In this document: one piece after another, positions 45,305 to 57,100 of the stretch
How positions within the stretch are numbered: the stretch's first letter is position 1
Layout: each line of letters opens with the position of its first letter
Source: Heteronotia binoei
Taxonomy: Eukaryota
Length of the DNA stretch: 64,000 bases
Reading direction: 5' to 3'
Assembly: GCF_032191835.1 (NCBI RefSeq)
Contig: NC_083223.1
Location: 70,804,001-70,868,000 of the forward strand
Position numbers and translations under genes: made by a program
Notes under the pieces: generated by a model
The model's input: the letters and a program-made list of their open reading frames with translations, nothing else
The model's database searches: none
Told to the model about the DNA's origin: nothing

Positions 45305-47381
45305 AGTGTGTGTGTGTGTGATATGATATGAATAAGAATTTAATTTGTCATATCCCTGATTCCTGTCAGGGCAGAACTTTAAAGTCTTTTGGACATCCAA
45401 TTTATGTCCCTTCTCTTTAGGATGTGTCAAATTAGGACTGAGTATTGCAAGCATTTCTGTCCTTGAAGAATTTAGAATTCTATTTGATATAACAAAAGAA
45501 CTTATCTAAGACCTTATTCTGACGAAATAGGCATTTGTTGCAGTTGCCAAAATTCCCAGTTCTAACACCATATGAGCTGAAGTAACAAGCAGTTCTAAAA
45601 ATCAAAGGCCTTCACAGCCAAACTGGTACTACCAAAATGATCCCTCTCATACACTTCCAGATTAGCAGCACAAACCTTTGAATGAGAAGGAAGAATAGGA
45701 ACATCTACAAGAGCCATGTTTGTCCTACTGAGGGCAGCACATCTGTCCTACCTGCTATTGGGTACCTGAACTTTCACATGAAAGAGTCTATGTGGTGCCT
45801 ACTAATATTTGGATTTCTTCCTTCAGGAAGGATAATTTTATGTCCTCCTGGCCTTAAATAAGCTTTGGCTAAGGTGTTGTTTTTGTGTGTTTTATTAAAG
45901 TATATGCTGCCTGGATCTAGCACTAAAAGGGCAGGGGTGCTAAATATATGACTCAGAGTTCAAGTTTGTTGATAGTCATAGATTGTGTAGGCAGTGCAAC
46001 GATGACATGCTTTTTCAACCATGAGATGTGATCCCCAGGTAATTTATGGTCATGAGTAAGATTCTGTCTTTTCAGTAAGAAATAGCATTACAGAACAGCC
46101 TCCCTGATGGCTACCACAATTTTGGGGGCATGCAAATGAGGCCATGCTGCTGCAATGCTATTTCTTACTGAAAAGACAGAAGGCTCCACTGTAGAGGCTG
46201 GACATGGCATCTGGCCATGCCATCATTTCCTAGTAGGATACCAACATCCCCAGCAGCTGAGCCATCTCTATCACATCTGCCTAGTATTTGTATCTGACAC
46301 TCTTGGTGAAAGCCGTCACCTTTAGCTGCCTGTCTACTGAAAGGAACATTCTGTCTTGAGGCATATCCAGGGTCACTCCCAAGTGGTCTATTTGCTGCTA
46401 CGGATGCAGAGACCTCTTGTCTATATTTATGGCAAACCCATAATCCTTTTGACATTAGTTTGAACATCCTCCTGAGCTTTTGCTTCTGATAATGAGCTTA
46501 TCTGGATATTGTCTGGGTACAGTAAGACTTCAGCTTCCCCTTCACCTAGAGTCAGGGCTACCAAAGACTTGGTAAACCCCCAGGGAATTGATGTTAAGCC
46601 AAGAGTCAGGGTACTATACTGATAATATCTCTTTGAGGTATTTGTTGAACTTCTTTTGGCCTGATGCTTCTCATATCTTTGTTCTTTTGGGGCATGAGAA
46701 AAACAGTGGAGTAATTTCCAGTGTGATGCTGACTGTACATTTCTGTCACTGATGTCTAAGAGATTTTTATCTCTGCCAAAATGATTTTTTTGATCTCATG
46801 AACTCAGTTTGATTGGTATATCTGTTATCCTTCAGCTTGTAAGTATGCCTAAGGGGTTGAAATGTGTATTTCGCCTGTATCTACCACTTTTGTGTTAGGG
46901 AGTACATTCTTTTTGTCCTTTTTTTGATAAGAAATGTTACTGTGAAAAATCTTCTTGAGGCCATTTTTAGCACCTTGGAAATGTTGGCTCAGCTGCTGAC
47001 TTGGAGAATCATGGTTCTGGAGGATGGATGATGCGGCAGGTACTTTAAAGCCCTCTCTCAGTGCTGCCTCAACCCTTTGTCACCATCATCTTTAAGATGC
47101 TATCTCCTTTGGTTGTCATAACTGCTATAGACAGAGATCTAAGCTTCCAGAACAACTGTTTGTCAATCTTGAAAGCAATATTGCTTTGATATAAAGGGAA
47201 TAGTCTGTGTTCTGGGTATTTTACTGTCTTGCTCAGTTTGCTAATTAGGAAAAGATGATGAAGTTGTCTTTCAGCACCTCTGGTGAAAGCTTGCCCTTGT
47301 CCCTTAGTTTGAGGGCTATGTTCAGTTCTTAATTCTGCATTCTTTCCTATGTGCATCTTGAGAAAGGCTGAAGGAAATAAT

Positions 47382-47668
47382 GAGCGTTTTTGCACTGACC
47401 TTACTCGGGAGCGATGTCCCTCTTCACCGCGCAGCGTCTGCGCGGATTTCGCACTAATTGCTCTGCAGAACCCGGAAGAGCCGCAAAGTCCCATGGCTTT
47501 TGCGTTGCAAATGTAAACTGGTTTTTGGCCAGTTTACATTTGCGACGCAAAAGCCGCGGGACTTTGCGGCTCTTCCGGGTTCTGTGGAGCAATTAGTGCA
47601 AAATCCGCGCAGACGCTGCGCAGTGAAGAGGGACGTCGCTCTCGAGTAAGGTCAGTGCGAAAACGCTC
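47382..47668. mobile_element. 287-bp near-perfect palindromic MITE (Harbinger-like)
   Basis: GAGCGTTTTTGCACTG / CAGTGCGAAAACGCTC ends, arms paired to the centre, TSD AAT. Confidence 0.88.
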
Positions 47669-48019
47669 AATGTCTTGAAACATTTGAACGCAGACCAATT
47701 AATAGTTGTTCCGCCCTCAGGTTTCTGCTTATCTTGGCTCAAGCGATCAATTCCCAACCAGTTGCTGTGCAGATGCATTTTGATCTTTGGCTCCCTCCAA
47801 TATCCCTCGCAGCTTCCAGATCTCAAAAAGCCGCCCTGAGCCACTTGTTGGGAAGGGCGGGATATAAATCATAAAATAAATAAATAAATAAATAACCAAA
47901 AGCAAGAAGCCATGAGGGAAATTGAAAAGAGCCATGGATCAAAATGTGCCTGTGCAGCAACTGATGGGGAATTGATCACTTGAGCCAGGGAAAGTAGAAG
48001 CCTGGTGGTGGAGAAACTA

Positions 48020-48215
48020 CTAATGAAGAATTGGTCACAAGATGCCTTATACTGAATTAGACCATTACAGTCTGGATTGCCTACTCTGACTGACAGCTGC
48101 TCTCCAGAGTTTTGGATGAAGGTCTCGCACATTATCCACTACTTGACCCTTAATTGGAGATCTCACCTGGGAACTTTTACCAATGCAAACCAGATTCCTA
48201 CCGCTGAGCTATAGT
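48020..48215 (-). mobile_element. Squam2-like tRNA-derived SINE
   Basis: The reverse complement begins CTATAGCTCAGCGGTAG (box A) and ends TCAGTATAAGGCATCTTGTG. Confidence 0.65.
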
Positions 48216-48896
48216 ATTTCCCTTACTTTTACCCAGTTATTCTTTCTTCTATCTGCAAAGTGATCTATTGGAAACTTTCAAAGGGTTGGGTTAGCAAACT
48301 GTAAAGGGGCTGTTCTCCTGCTACAGTTCTTATATGAGGTGTCTTATGACAAGAGTGTTGGATGTGAGAAAGGTGATTGTTGATGATATATGAATGTGTT
48401 GCATTGCTAGAGGAGATGCTAGCATCTTGCTGATCAATTGGGAGCGATCCCTTTTGTATTTATAGCATGAACTGGCCCCAGCAGTGGCCCCTGTGCATGG
48501 ATTTAACTGATTGCATTCTTTATATCAGTTGACAGGCACTGCTTGGAACATCCTCAATTTTATCTTTATATGAAAGATTTCCATGGAAGCAAATACTGAG
48601 TTCTCTAACACTGATTGATAGGGCAGCAGATAATTAGGATAGTTTCTCAGCTGAAAGCTGCTCTTCCAGTTTAACTAGGGCTGCCCAAGGGCTTCTGGCA
48701 TCCTATGCAAACTCTGCAAACTATGACTTTGGTGCCAGACTCCACACCTGAGGCAGCAGATGGAGGTGGTACGCTTTGGACACATCTTAACTGTATCTGC
48801 ATAGCATGTTGGGCCTAGGTGAGTGAAGCAAATCATGTAGTCCAAAGTCGATTCAGTGGTTTCTGCAGGGCCTACCTCCAACAAGTCCTCCTTCCA

Positions 48897-49066
48897 ACAA
48901 GGGCAAGCATTTAGCAGAGCTGCTGAAAGACAACTTCATCATCTTTTCCTAATTAGCGAACTGAACAAGACAGTAAGATACCCAGAACACAGACTATTCC
49001 CTTTATGTCTAAGCAATATTGCTTTCAAGATTGACAAACAGTTGTTCTGGAAGCTTAGATCTCTGT
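48897..49066 (+). repeat. 170-bp inverted duplicate of 47131-47300
   Basis: 9 substitutions in 170 bp by manual alignment. Confidence 0.92.
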
Positions 49067-49067
49067 A

Positions 49068-49107
49068 TAGATGACCTTGGAGGTCCCTTCCAACTCTATG
49101 ATTCTAT
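49068..49107 (+). mobile_element. 40-bp CR1 3' tail
   Basis: TAGATGACCTTGGAGGTCCCTTCCAACTCTATGATTCTAT. Confidence 0.8.
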
Positions 49108-49619
49108 TCAAATACAAAAAAAGCTGTTGAACAGGCCTTGCCCCCCCCCCCACTTGACTTTTACTGGCAAAAACTAAAGTTTGAAGGCCAGCAATACTGT
49201 TATGGTTGCTTAGCAAACTCTGCAATGGCTGCTAAGAGGGCATTTGTTTCTTTTTTAAATTAGAAATAAACATACAAGATAGAAAAGAGAAACCCAACTT
49301 AACAAATGGGAATAACTTTTGCATTTTTGCATTTCTCCATCGTTTTTCCCATTCTTGAACCATCAGTTTGATCAGTTGATAAGTCTCTGAACTTTCTGTG
49401 TCCATTCTTGAATTTGTTTCTTAAAACAACAAACACTGCTTCTGTTATTTTTGGAGGGAGTGGACAAATGCCCAATGTATTAATTTAAAAATTTCAGATT
49501 TTCCCACAAATCTGGAGTTGTGAGGGGCAGGGAAGATTATAGAAAGGTCTTTGTCTGATCATGGCAACAGTATCTAGATTTAAGTGTCCACCAATTTGGT
49601 CATGTTAAACATTAAATAT

Positions 49620-50740
49620 ATTATTTATTTATTTATTTTGTTACATTTATGAATCACCTAATCCCTACTATTATAGGGCTCTAGGCAATTTACAGCATTA
49701 AAAACATTAAAAGCATAAAACATAGATTAATACATTAAAATAAGAGAACAAATGGTGGAACTTTTGCTTTCCTTCCATTTCCAGCCTGAGGATGACTTAT
49801 GGGCATGGAGGAGGGGAATTAAACCAGTCTATGAGGACGGGCAGTCCATGGGGATGGGGGAGGGTGCCAGCCAGAATGTAGATTATCACTGCCTTCAACT
49901 AAAAGCCTGGTGGAACATCTCTACCTTACAGGCCCTACAGAATTGCATAGGGTCCTTGCCTGATGTTACTTGGCAGAGAGTTCTACCAGGTTGGGGCCAG
50001 GACTGAAAAAGCCCTGGCCCTGATTGAGGACAGCTGGATGTCTCTAGGGTTAGGGAGCACCGGTAGATTGTTGGCTGATGAGCTTAACGCTCTCCTGGGG
50101 ACATATTGGAGGAGATAGTCCAACAGATACGTTGGTCCCAGACCACTCAAGGCCTTAAAAGTCAATAGCAGAAACTTGAACTTGACTCGGTGCTCCATTG
50201 GAAGTCAGTGCAGCTGATGCAGCACAGTTCATACGTGTGCAGCCCTTGCCATTCCTGTCAGGAGTCGTGCTGTCGCATTCTGAATCAGCTGGAGCTTCCA
50301 GGTCAGTCTCAAAGGCAGGCCAGCATAAAGCAGGTTACAGTAGTCTAGTCTGGAGGTGACTGATACATTACAATGGCTAGGTCAGTTGCTGGGGAAGAAT
50401 ACCAGACTGGCTGTATGTGTGACCTGAGGCTCCATATTCAAGAAGGCACTCAGGGTCACACCTAAGCTCTTGACAGACTACACTGGTAACAATGGTGCAC
50501 CATAAAAAGGGGGTAGTCTGGACCCCAATCCTGAAGCTCCCGCCCCCCACACTCACAGAACCTCTGTCTTTGTTGGGTTCAGTTTCAGCCTGCTCTTTTT
50601 TAACCATCCCACCATGACCTCTAAGCCCATGGGCAGTTTTTGCAGGGCGGCATTGGGTGGCCATCCAAGATCAGTTACAGCTGGGTGTCTCCTGAAAGGC
50701 CCCACAGAGGGTATCTGGAGGACACATTCTCTCCCAGCAC
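49620..50740 (-). mobile_element. 5'-truncated L2-clade LINE
   Basis: LKLNPTKTEVL and RVKFKFLLLTFKALSGLGPTYL...RAFSVLAPTW motifs; (ATTT)n tail at 49620. Confidence 0.85.
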
Positions 50741-51859
50741 CACACTCTGTCCCCAATTGTGGAGAAATGAGGTAAGCCATTGAAGGGCTACCCCATGGAC
50801 TCCCACATCAGTTAATTATTAATATTTAATTAATCAATAATTAATAGTTCAACTTCTGTGTCAATGGTGCACTGTTTGACAAGTGAAAATGCCGCCACCG
50901 TAAGTGACCACCTAATTTACCTAAATGGCCAGGCTGGTCCTGGGTTTAACTTTACATAGGACAGAAGTAAAAGTTGATCTTGGAACAGCTTGGAGCATGT
51001 CAGAAGTTAAGAAATACTCACTAATACTGTCTTGTCCGTGCCATATAGAATATGAAAAAGCCAGCTTGACTTTGCCCCATAGATGTTCAGGGAGAACTAG
51101 AAGGCAAATTAACATGCCAATATCAAGGTAACTAAAATAATACTGACTATTCTGTAGTTTTTTTTTAATGGTGTAACACTCAGGAGGGGATACTTTGCTC
51201 TGATATCATAGCCATGAAATTCCTAGCCTACCTACAAAATTCATGCACTGCAGTTACAAAAAATTCAGAAGGCACTTTTGAAAAATGAGAATAAGAAACA
51301 AGTGCCACTGGAAACTTCTTTCTTCTGTGAGGAGGGAATTTTTTTACACCCTCTGCAACCAGCCTGGCACATTCAGTTTTCAAGGAGACACTGTGCATGC
51401 ACAGCGCATAATATACACCCACCCACACATCTGCTCAGTTTTCCTTTTTAGTCTCCATATGGGGTTTTTGTGTCTGCCGTTGGCAAACTCCGAGGAGGAG
51501 AGTAACAGTGCACTTGCAGAAATCTTTCCTCTTCACTTGGAAATGGGAAAAGGAGGGTATGAGAGGATGCAGTAACTGAAAATATACAAGATTTGGTATG
51601 ACAATCAAACCCTGTGCATGTTTACAAGAAAGAGTCCCACTGCATTGATGCTACCAGCATGCATAGGACTGCACTCTTGAGGTACTATTCTGATAATTCA
51701 ATTGTTTGGTTAAAAATATTGTAGCCAAAGAACACCAATTATCGCCCTAATTCAATGAAAACACCAATTGTCTCCCAATTATTGTCGCTGCCATGTTTCT
51801 GTTTTAGTATTCTAAAAGGCAAGCCAAAGCAATTGGAGTATATACCTTCTTATTACTTT

Positions 51860-51980
51860 AGGTGGGTAGCAGTGTTGGTCTGAAGCAACAGAATGAAATC
51901 TGAGTCCAGTGCATGCGTACAAAAGCTTATACCCAGAATTAAACTTTCTTGGTCTTAAAAGTGTCACTGGACTCAAAATT
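51860..51980. mobile_element. Penelope-like repeat fragment with a broken hammerhead
   Basis: Same family as 41555; only GCATGCGTAC-AAAA-GCTT-ATAC remains (GAAA mutated, CTGAAGA missing). Confidence 0.6.
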
Positions 51981-52990
51981 TCTTCCTATTACTGTTCTTT
52001 TAAGGCATTATTTGAATTTGTATCCTAGCCCAAACATGTCTTGTTATGTTATTAACAAATCTCATCATATTGTTTAATTTTGACAGACTGGTAACAATTA
52101 TAAGGAGATGTTCTCTGCATTAGAGCACATAAATTTTGCCTGGAGATTTTTAAATGATTTTATATGCTTTCCTTCTGTGTCTTAAAAAAAACCCCAACTA
52201 ACTATGAAGAGGATATAGTTTTCTGTTGGGAACTGAACCCATGGTCTCCTCTTTCACGTCTTACCAGTGATATCCTTTCAGGCAAAGTATTTGAGTTATG
52301 GGAAGAAGATACTGTCACACTGGTATCTTGCGGCTAAAGATGAATCCTTGAGGGTTAAGTGGGGGATTCTTTTTTTTAAAAGAGAGAATCAAAATGTCAC
52401 TGCATTTATCCTTCTCAAACATTTGTATGTCTTCTAGAATTACTATGCTTCAGGTGGTATTAATGGTTTTTATTGTCTCTGTTTATTTCCCCCTTCCTTC
52501 TAAGCAAGACAAAACAGTTTAACAGCATGATAATCCTGATTCAATTTATATCAGAATACTTTTGATTAAAATCTTGTGGGGTTTCCCTTGGAAATGAAAT
52601 GACTCAACCATTTTCCCAAACGTCTGCAAAAATGTTATTAAGATGTGAACTAGTTTCTCCAGATTCAGGGATGTGTCTGCATCTGTGTTTATACTTCAAA
52701 AGGCAGGAACATTGCCCTGTAGGCAGCACTTATTTGTACATGTAGAACCCAATGCAATTAACACATTTTTTATTTGTACCCTATGTTGCTTTCTGGATTC
52801 TATAGTTTGTGTGGACATGTGCTAATAGAAAAAGCATAAACAACAGTGAGATGGTATAAATCACATGAAGTATTTTATGCCCAAGTATAACAGGTTTTAA
52901 AATTATTTACTACCTAGTGTTTGTGAGCATCACATACAGCTTTAGACTATGATATACAAATCAATTTGTATGCATACATTCTTTGACCTT

Positions 52991-53219
52991 GAGAGCCAGT
53001 GTGATGAAACAGTCTGAGTGTGGGTCTACAATCTGGGAGATCTAGGTTTGAACCCTCACTCAGATATGGAAGCTTGCTGGATGATCTGGGCCAATTACTC
53101 TCTCTCAGCTTAACCTATGTCACAAGGTTGTTGTGATCATACCATGGAGGAGGGAAGAACAGTATAAGCTACTTTTGATTCCCAGTGGGAAGACAGGTGG
53201 GGTATAAATGAATACATAA
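52991..53219 (+). mobile_element. Old Squam3/MIR-like SINE
   Basis: GAGAGCCAGTGTG head, CTGGGAGATCTAGGTTTGAACCC box B region, GGGGTATAAAT tail. Confidence 0.65.
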
Positions 53220-53267
53220 ATTTGTCCTGAAAACAAATGCCTGAAAACAGAATTATATCCTTTAAAT

Positions 53268-53402
53268 TAGGGGTGGCCAACAGTAGCTATCCAGATGTTT
53301 TTGCCTACAACTCCCATCAGCCCCAGCCATTGGCCATGCTGGCTGGGGCTGATGGGAGTTGTAGGCAAAAAAAATCTGGAGAGCTACCGTTGGCCACCCC
53401 TG
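53268..53402. mobile_element. Full-length 135-bp palindromic hAT-type MITE
   Basis: (C/T)AGGGGTGGCCAAC TIRs; TSD CTTTAAAT/CTTTAAAG. Confidence 0.92.
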
Positions 53403-54017
53403 CTTTAAAGTCCATTGATGTAGAAGTGTGTCACTTTGTTTAGAATGGCACTACAATTCAGTTCCACCTGCATTTTAGAATATATGTCTATCCTTAAATT
53501 CAAATAATGGGCGTACTCTTTCCCTGTGAGTTGAGGACCAGACAGAAGTAAACAACTGGATGGGCAAGTGAGGCATAGAAGCCTTCCCAGTTTTTGTTAA
53601 AGGCCATGGGTGTATTAGGCAGCCATCTCTGCAGTTGAAACTGGGTACTCCTTGTTTGGGGATTGGAGAACACTCTGATTGAGCTATTGTGTTTGTATAT
53701 GCTTGAATTTCTTTTTAACAGTAGGAAGAGGCAAAATATGGGTGGGGACAAAGGTTCTTCACTTGTGATGGCATATGAAGCACAGTTCTCCTTTCAGGGG
53801 CCTATAGCCACCCACCATCATTTTCTGAGGATATGTGATTGCTATTTTACTGACTGAGGAAAGACAAATAGAAAAAAGGACCACAATTCAGACACATAAT
53901 AGAAGAATCAAGAGAAAAAATGATACCTTCAGAGGGAATATGCAAAATGAACCAAATATAAAGACCTATATGGCACTTGTTCCAAGTGAAAAGAATTAAG
54001 GAGGTGTAAGATTTTAC

Positions 54018-54162
54018 CCTAGGCTAGCCCAGTCTCATCAGATCTTGGAAGCTAAGACCTCCAAGGAATACCAGGGTTGTGACACAGAGGCAGGCAATGG
54101 CAAACCACCTCTGAAAACCCCATGGGGCTGCCATAAGTCAGCTGTGATTTGATGGCACTTTC
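54018..54162 (+). mobile_element. 5S-Sauria-like SINE whose tail is split by L1-B
   Basis: ATCAGATCTTGGAAGCTAAG head; the (CCA)n tail resumes at 60754. Confidence 0.75.
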
Positions 54163-57100
54163 TTTTTTTAAATTTTAAAACAATTTTATTTAGTAACATA
54201 TGGTAACAATATCTATTTTTTGCAACATTAATAACTTCTTTTATCTATCCCTTATATTACTTTCTAACCACCCCTTCCCCCATTACTTGACCCCCGCCGG
54301 TGTTATTTACTTAAGATACTAACATTTAAAGGTACCCTTAACTAATAAAAACAAAAATTAATATCCTTCTTCCTTCTAATATTAAATCATTATCAAAAAT
54401 TGTCCCTTTTATTTTCCACTCTTTTTCTACATATCTTCTAAACTTTTTCCATTCCATCTTAAAAACTTCTAAATCATAGTCTCTTAAAGTTCTTGTTAAC
54501 TTGTCCATTTCACTTCATGTCATAACTTTTACAATCCAATCCCATTTCTCTGGTATTTTTTTCTTGCTTCCACAACTGCGCATACAATGTCCTAGCAGCT
54601 GAAAGCAAGTACCAAATTATAGTTCTATTTTCTTTTGGAAATTTTTCCATTTATAATCCCAACAGAAAAGTCTTTGCAACTTTCTTAAATTCGTATCCCA
54701 AGATCCTAGAAATTTCTTGTTGAATCATCTGCCAATACTTTTTTGCTCTTTCACAAGTCCACCACATATGGTAGAAATAACCTTCATGTTTTTTACATTT
54801 CCAACATCTATCTGGCATCTTATTGTTCATCTTTGCCAACTTTTTAGGAGTCATATATAGGCTTCCCAATCCCCCCGCCCTGCCGGGGGACCCCTGGAAT
54901 AGCAGCCTCATCCCCCGCTCTCCAAAAATGTGGAAGAAGGGTGGGGGGAAGTCTGCCTGCCTCCCTCCCTCGCAGACTTTAGGCTTCTCCCTTCCTTCAG
55001 GTCACAAAGACCTGCCCACCGCCGGCCTGCCATTCGCTCCAGTCCAGCCTTCCTTCCCAAGGTGCATGCTGGGACTTGTAGTCCTTGCATCCTCTCTGGC
55101 TGCCACAGGCGTCTCCTCGAGGAGTCTGGCTGGTGGAGGGGGGGGAGCTCTGCCCCCAGAGGACCATGTGCGTTTCTACCTCCGGAGGCTTCAGTCGCTG
55201 ATTGAAAGGCTTTCTCTTGGGATGGGGTGTCTGTGATACTTTGAAGAAGTTGGCAGCAACTCATGAGTAGAGAGGCCAATCCCCCTTCAGTGTTGCCAGA
55301 AATAGGGTGGGGGAGTCTGCTGAGTACTTCATTATTCTCTATGTGGAGATCGATTCTCATAGGGTATAATGGGGAATTGATCTGGAAGTTTTGGGGGCTC
55401 TGGGGGCGCTGTTTTTTGAGATAGAGGCACCAATTTTTCAGTATAGTATCTAGTGACTCTCCCCAAAGTATCCCCCAAGTTTCAAAATGATTGGACAATG
55501 GGGTCCAATTCTATGAGCCTCAAAAGAAGGTGCCCCTATCCTTCATTATTTCCTATGGAAGGAAGACATTTAAAAAGGTGTGCGGTCCCTTTAAATGTGA
55601 TGGCCAGAACTCCCTTGGAGTTCAATTATGCTTGTCACACCCTTGTTCCTGGCTCTGCCCTGATGTCTCCTGGCTCCACCCCCAAAGTCTCCTGGCTCCA
55701 CCCCAAAAGCCCCCAGATATTTCTTGAATTGGACTTGGCAACCCTAGTCATATACCATCTATACATCATTTTAAAACAGTTCTCCTTAATACTGTGACAT
55801 CCCGAAAGCTTAATAGAATTCTTCCACAAATATTCCCATGTTTCCATCTGTATTTCTTTATTTACATTAAGTGCCCACTTAATCATTTGAGATTTCACTA
55901 CTTCATCTTCCATAGACCATTTAAAAAGTAATTTATATAGTTTTGAAATTAATTTTTCATTATCTCCAAACAGAACTTTTTCTATTTCTGTTTGCTCTTT
56001 TCTTATTCCTTCAGTTTTAATATCATTTTCCACTAAGCTCTTTACTTGTTGCATTTGGAACCAATCATATTTATTATTCAACTCTTCAGCAGTTTTCAAT
56101 TTTATTTTGCCACTTTGTATTTTTAATAGCTGATTATATGACAACCACTTTTCTTCACCCATCTCAGCTGTTATTTTTATTACTTCTGCTGGCACTATCC
56201 AAAACGGTTTTCTCTCATCCCCATATTTCTTATATTTCATCCAAGTATTTAACAAATTGTTTCTTATATAATGGTGAGAAAAAAAACCATCCATCTTTCC
56301 CCCCCCCATAATACATATAAGCGTGCCAGCCAAATTTATTTCCATGACCTTCCAACGCTAAAAGTTTTTTATTTAACAGCATTACCCATTCTTTTATCCA
56401 CACTAAACAAACTGCTTCATGATATAATTTTAAATCTGGTAGTTGGAATCCTCCTCTCTCTTTTGCATCTGTTAAAATTTTCATTTTAATCCTTGGTTTC
56501 TTCCCAGCCCACAAAAACTCTGAGATTTTTCTTTGCCATCTATTAAATTGTTTACTGTCTTTCACAATCTGAATAGTTTGAAACAAATACATTATTCATG
56601 GCAGAATATTCATTTTAATTGCAGCTATTCTGCCCAGCAATGATAAATTAAGTTTATTCCATCATATTGGCATCCATTTTACGCCATAGCTTCTCATAAT
56701 TGTTTTTAAACAAATCTATATTCTTCATTGTTATCTCCACATCCAAATATTTTACCTTAGAGGTAACTTCACAACCCGTTAGCTTCTGCAATTCCTTTTG
56801 TTTATTTACTTGCATATTTTTACATAGAAGTTTTGATTTTTCTTTATTAATATAAAGTCCCGCCAATTCTCCATATTCTTGTATTTTAGCTAACAACAAG
56901 GTGGTACTTGTATGGGATTTTCATTTATAAACATTATATCATCTGCAAATGCTCTATATTTATAAGTAAATCCTTTTACTTTTAATCCTTCTATTTCTTT
57001 GTCTTCTTGGACTTGCATCAGTAAAATTTCAAGCGTCATTATAAACAACAGTGGGGAAAGCGGACAGCCTTGTCTTGTACCTTTGCTAATTATCATATCT

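Larger units (their letters stand above)
44365..48890 (-). mobile_element. Heavily decayed DIRS1-like element (copy 2) with nested insertions
   Basis: Minus-strand remnants: KM..CLRC.G..H (ORF1 N-terminus, about 48750), LKDDGDKRVEAALR (gag), FTKSLVAL / YPDNIQI / HLGVTLD / AQLLGM (RT), TSAHMVLELGIL / HPKEKGHKLDV / SAVFG (YR). Confidence 0.7.

Noticed and set aside
48856-49074. Duplicated peptide AERQLHHLFLIS...FWKLRSL as a host gene exon
   Set aside because: Differences between the copies are mostly non-synonymous, there are no splice sites, and the donor copy sits in DIRS remnants.
53268-53402. Dispersed palindromic repeats as CRISPR-like or regulatory arrays
   Set aside because: There is no repeat-spacer periodicity; TIRs with 8-bp TSDs identify them as MITEs in a eukaryotic genome.
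55453-55797. Recurrent ORFs (also 32066-32350, 32104-32367, 44819-45034)
   Set aside because: Chance frames in copies of one non-coding hAT derivative; the frames are not conserved between copies.
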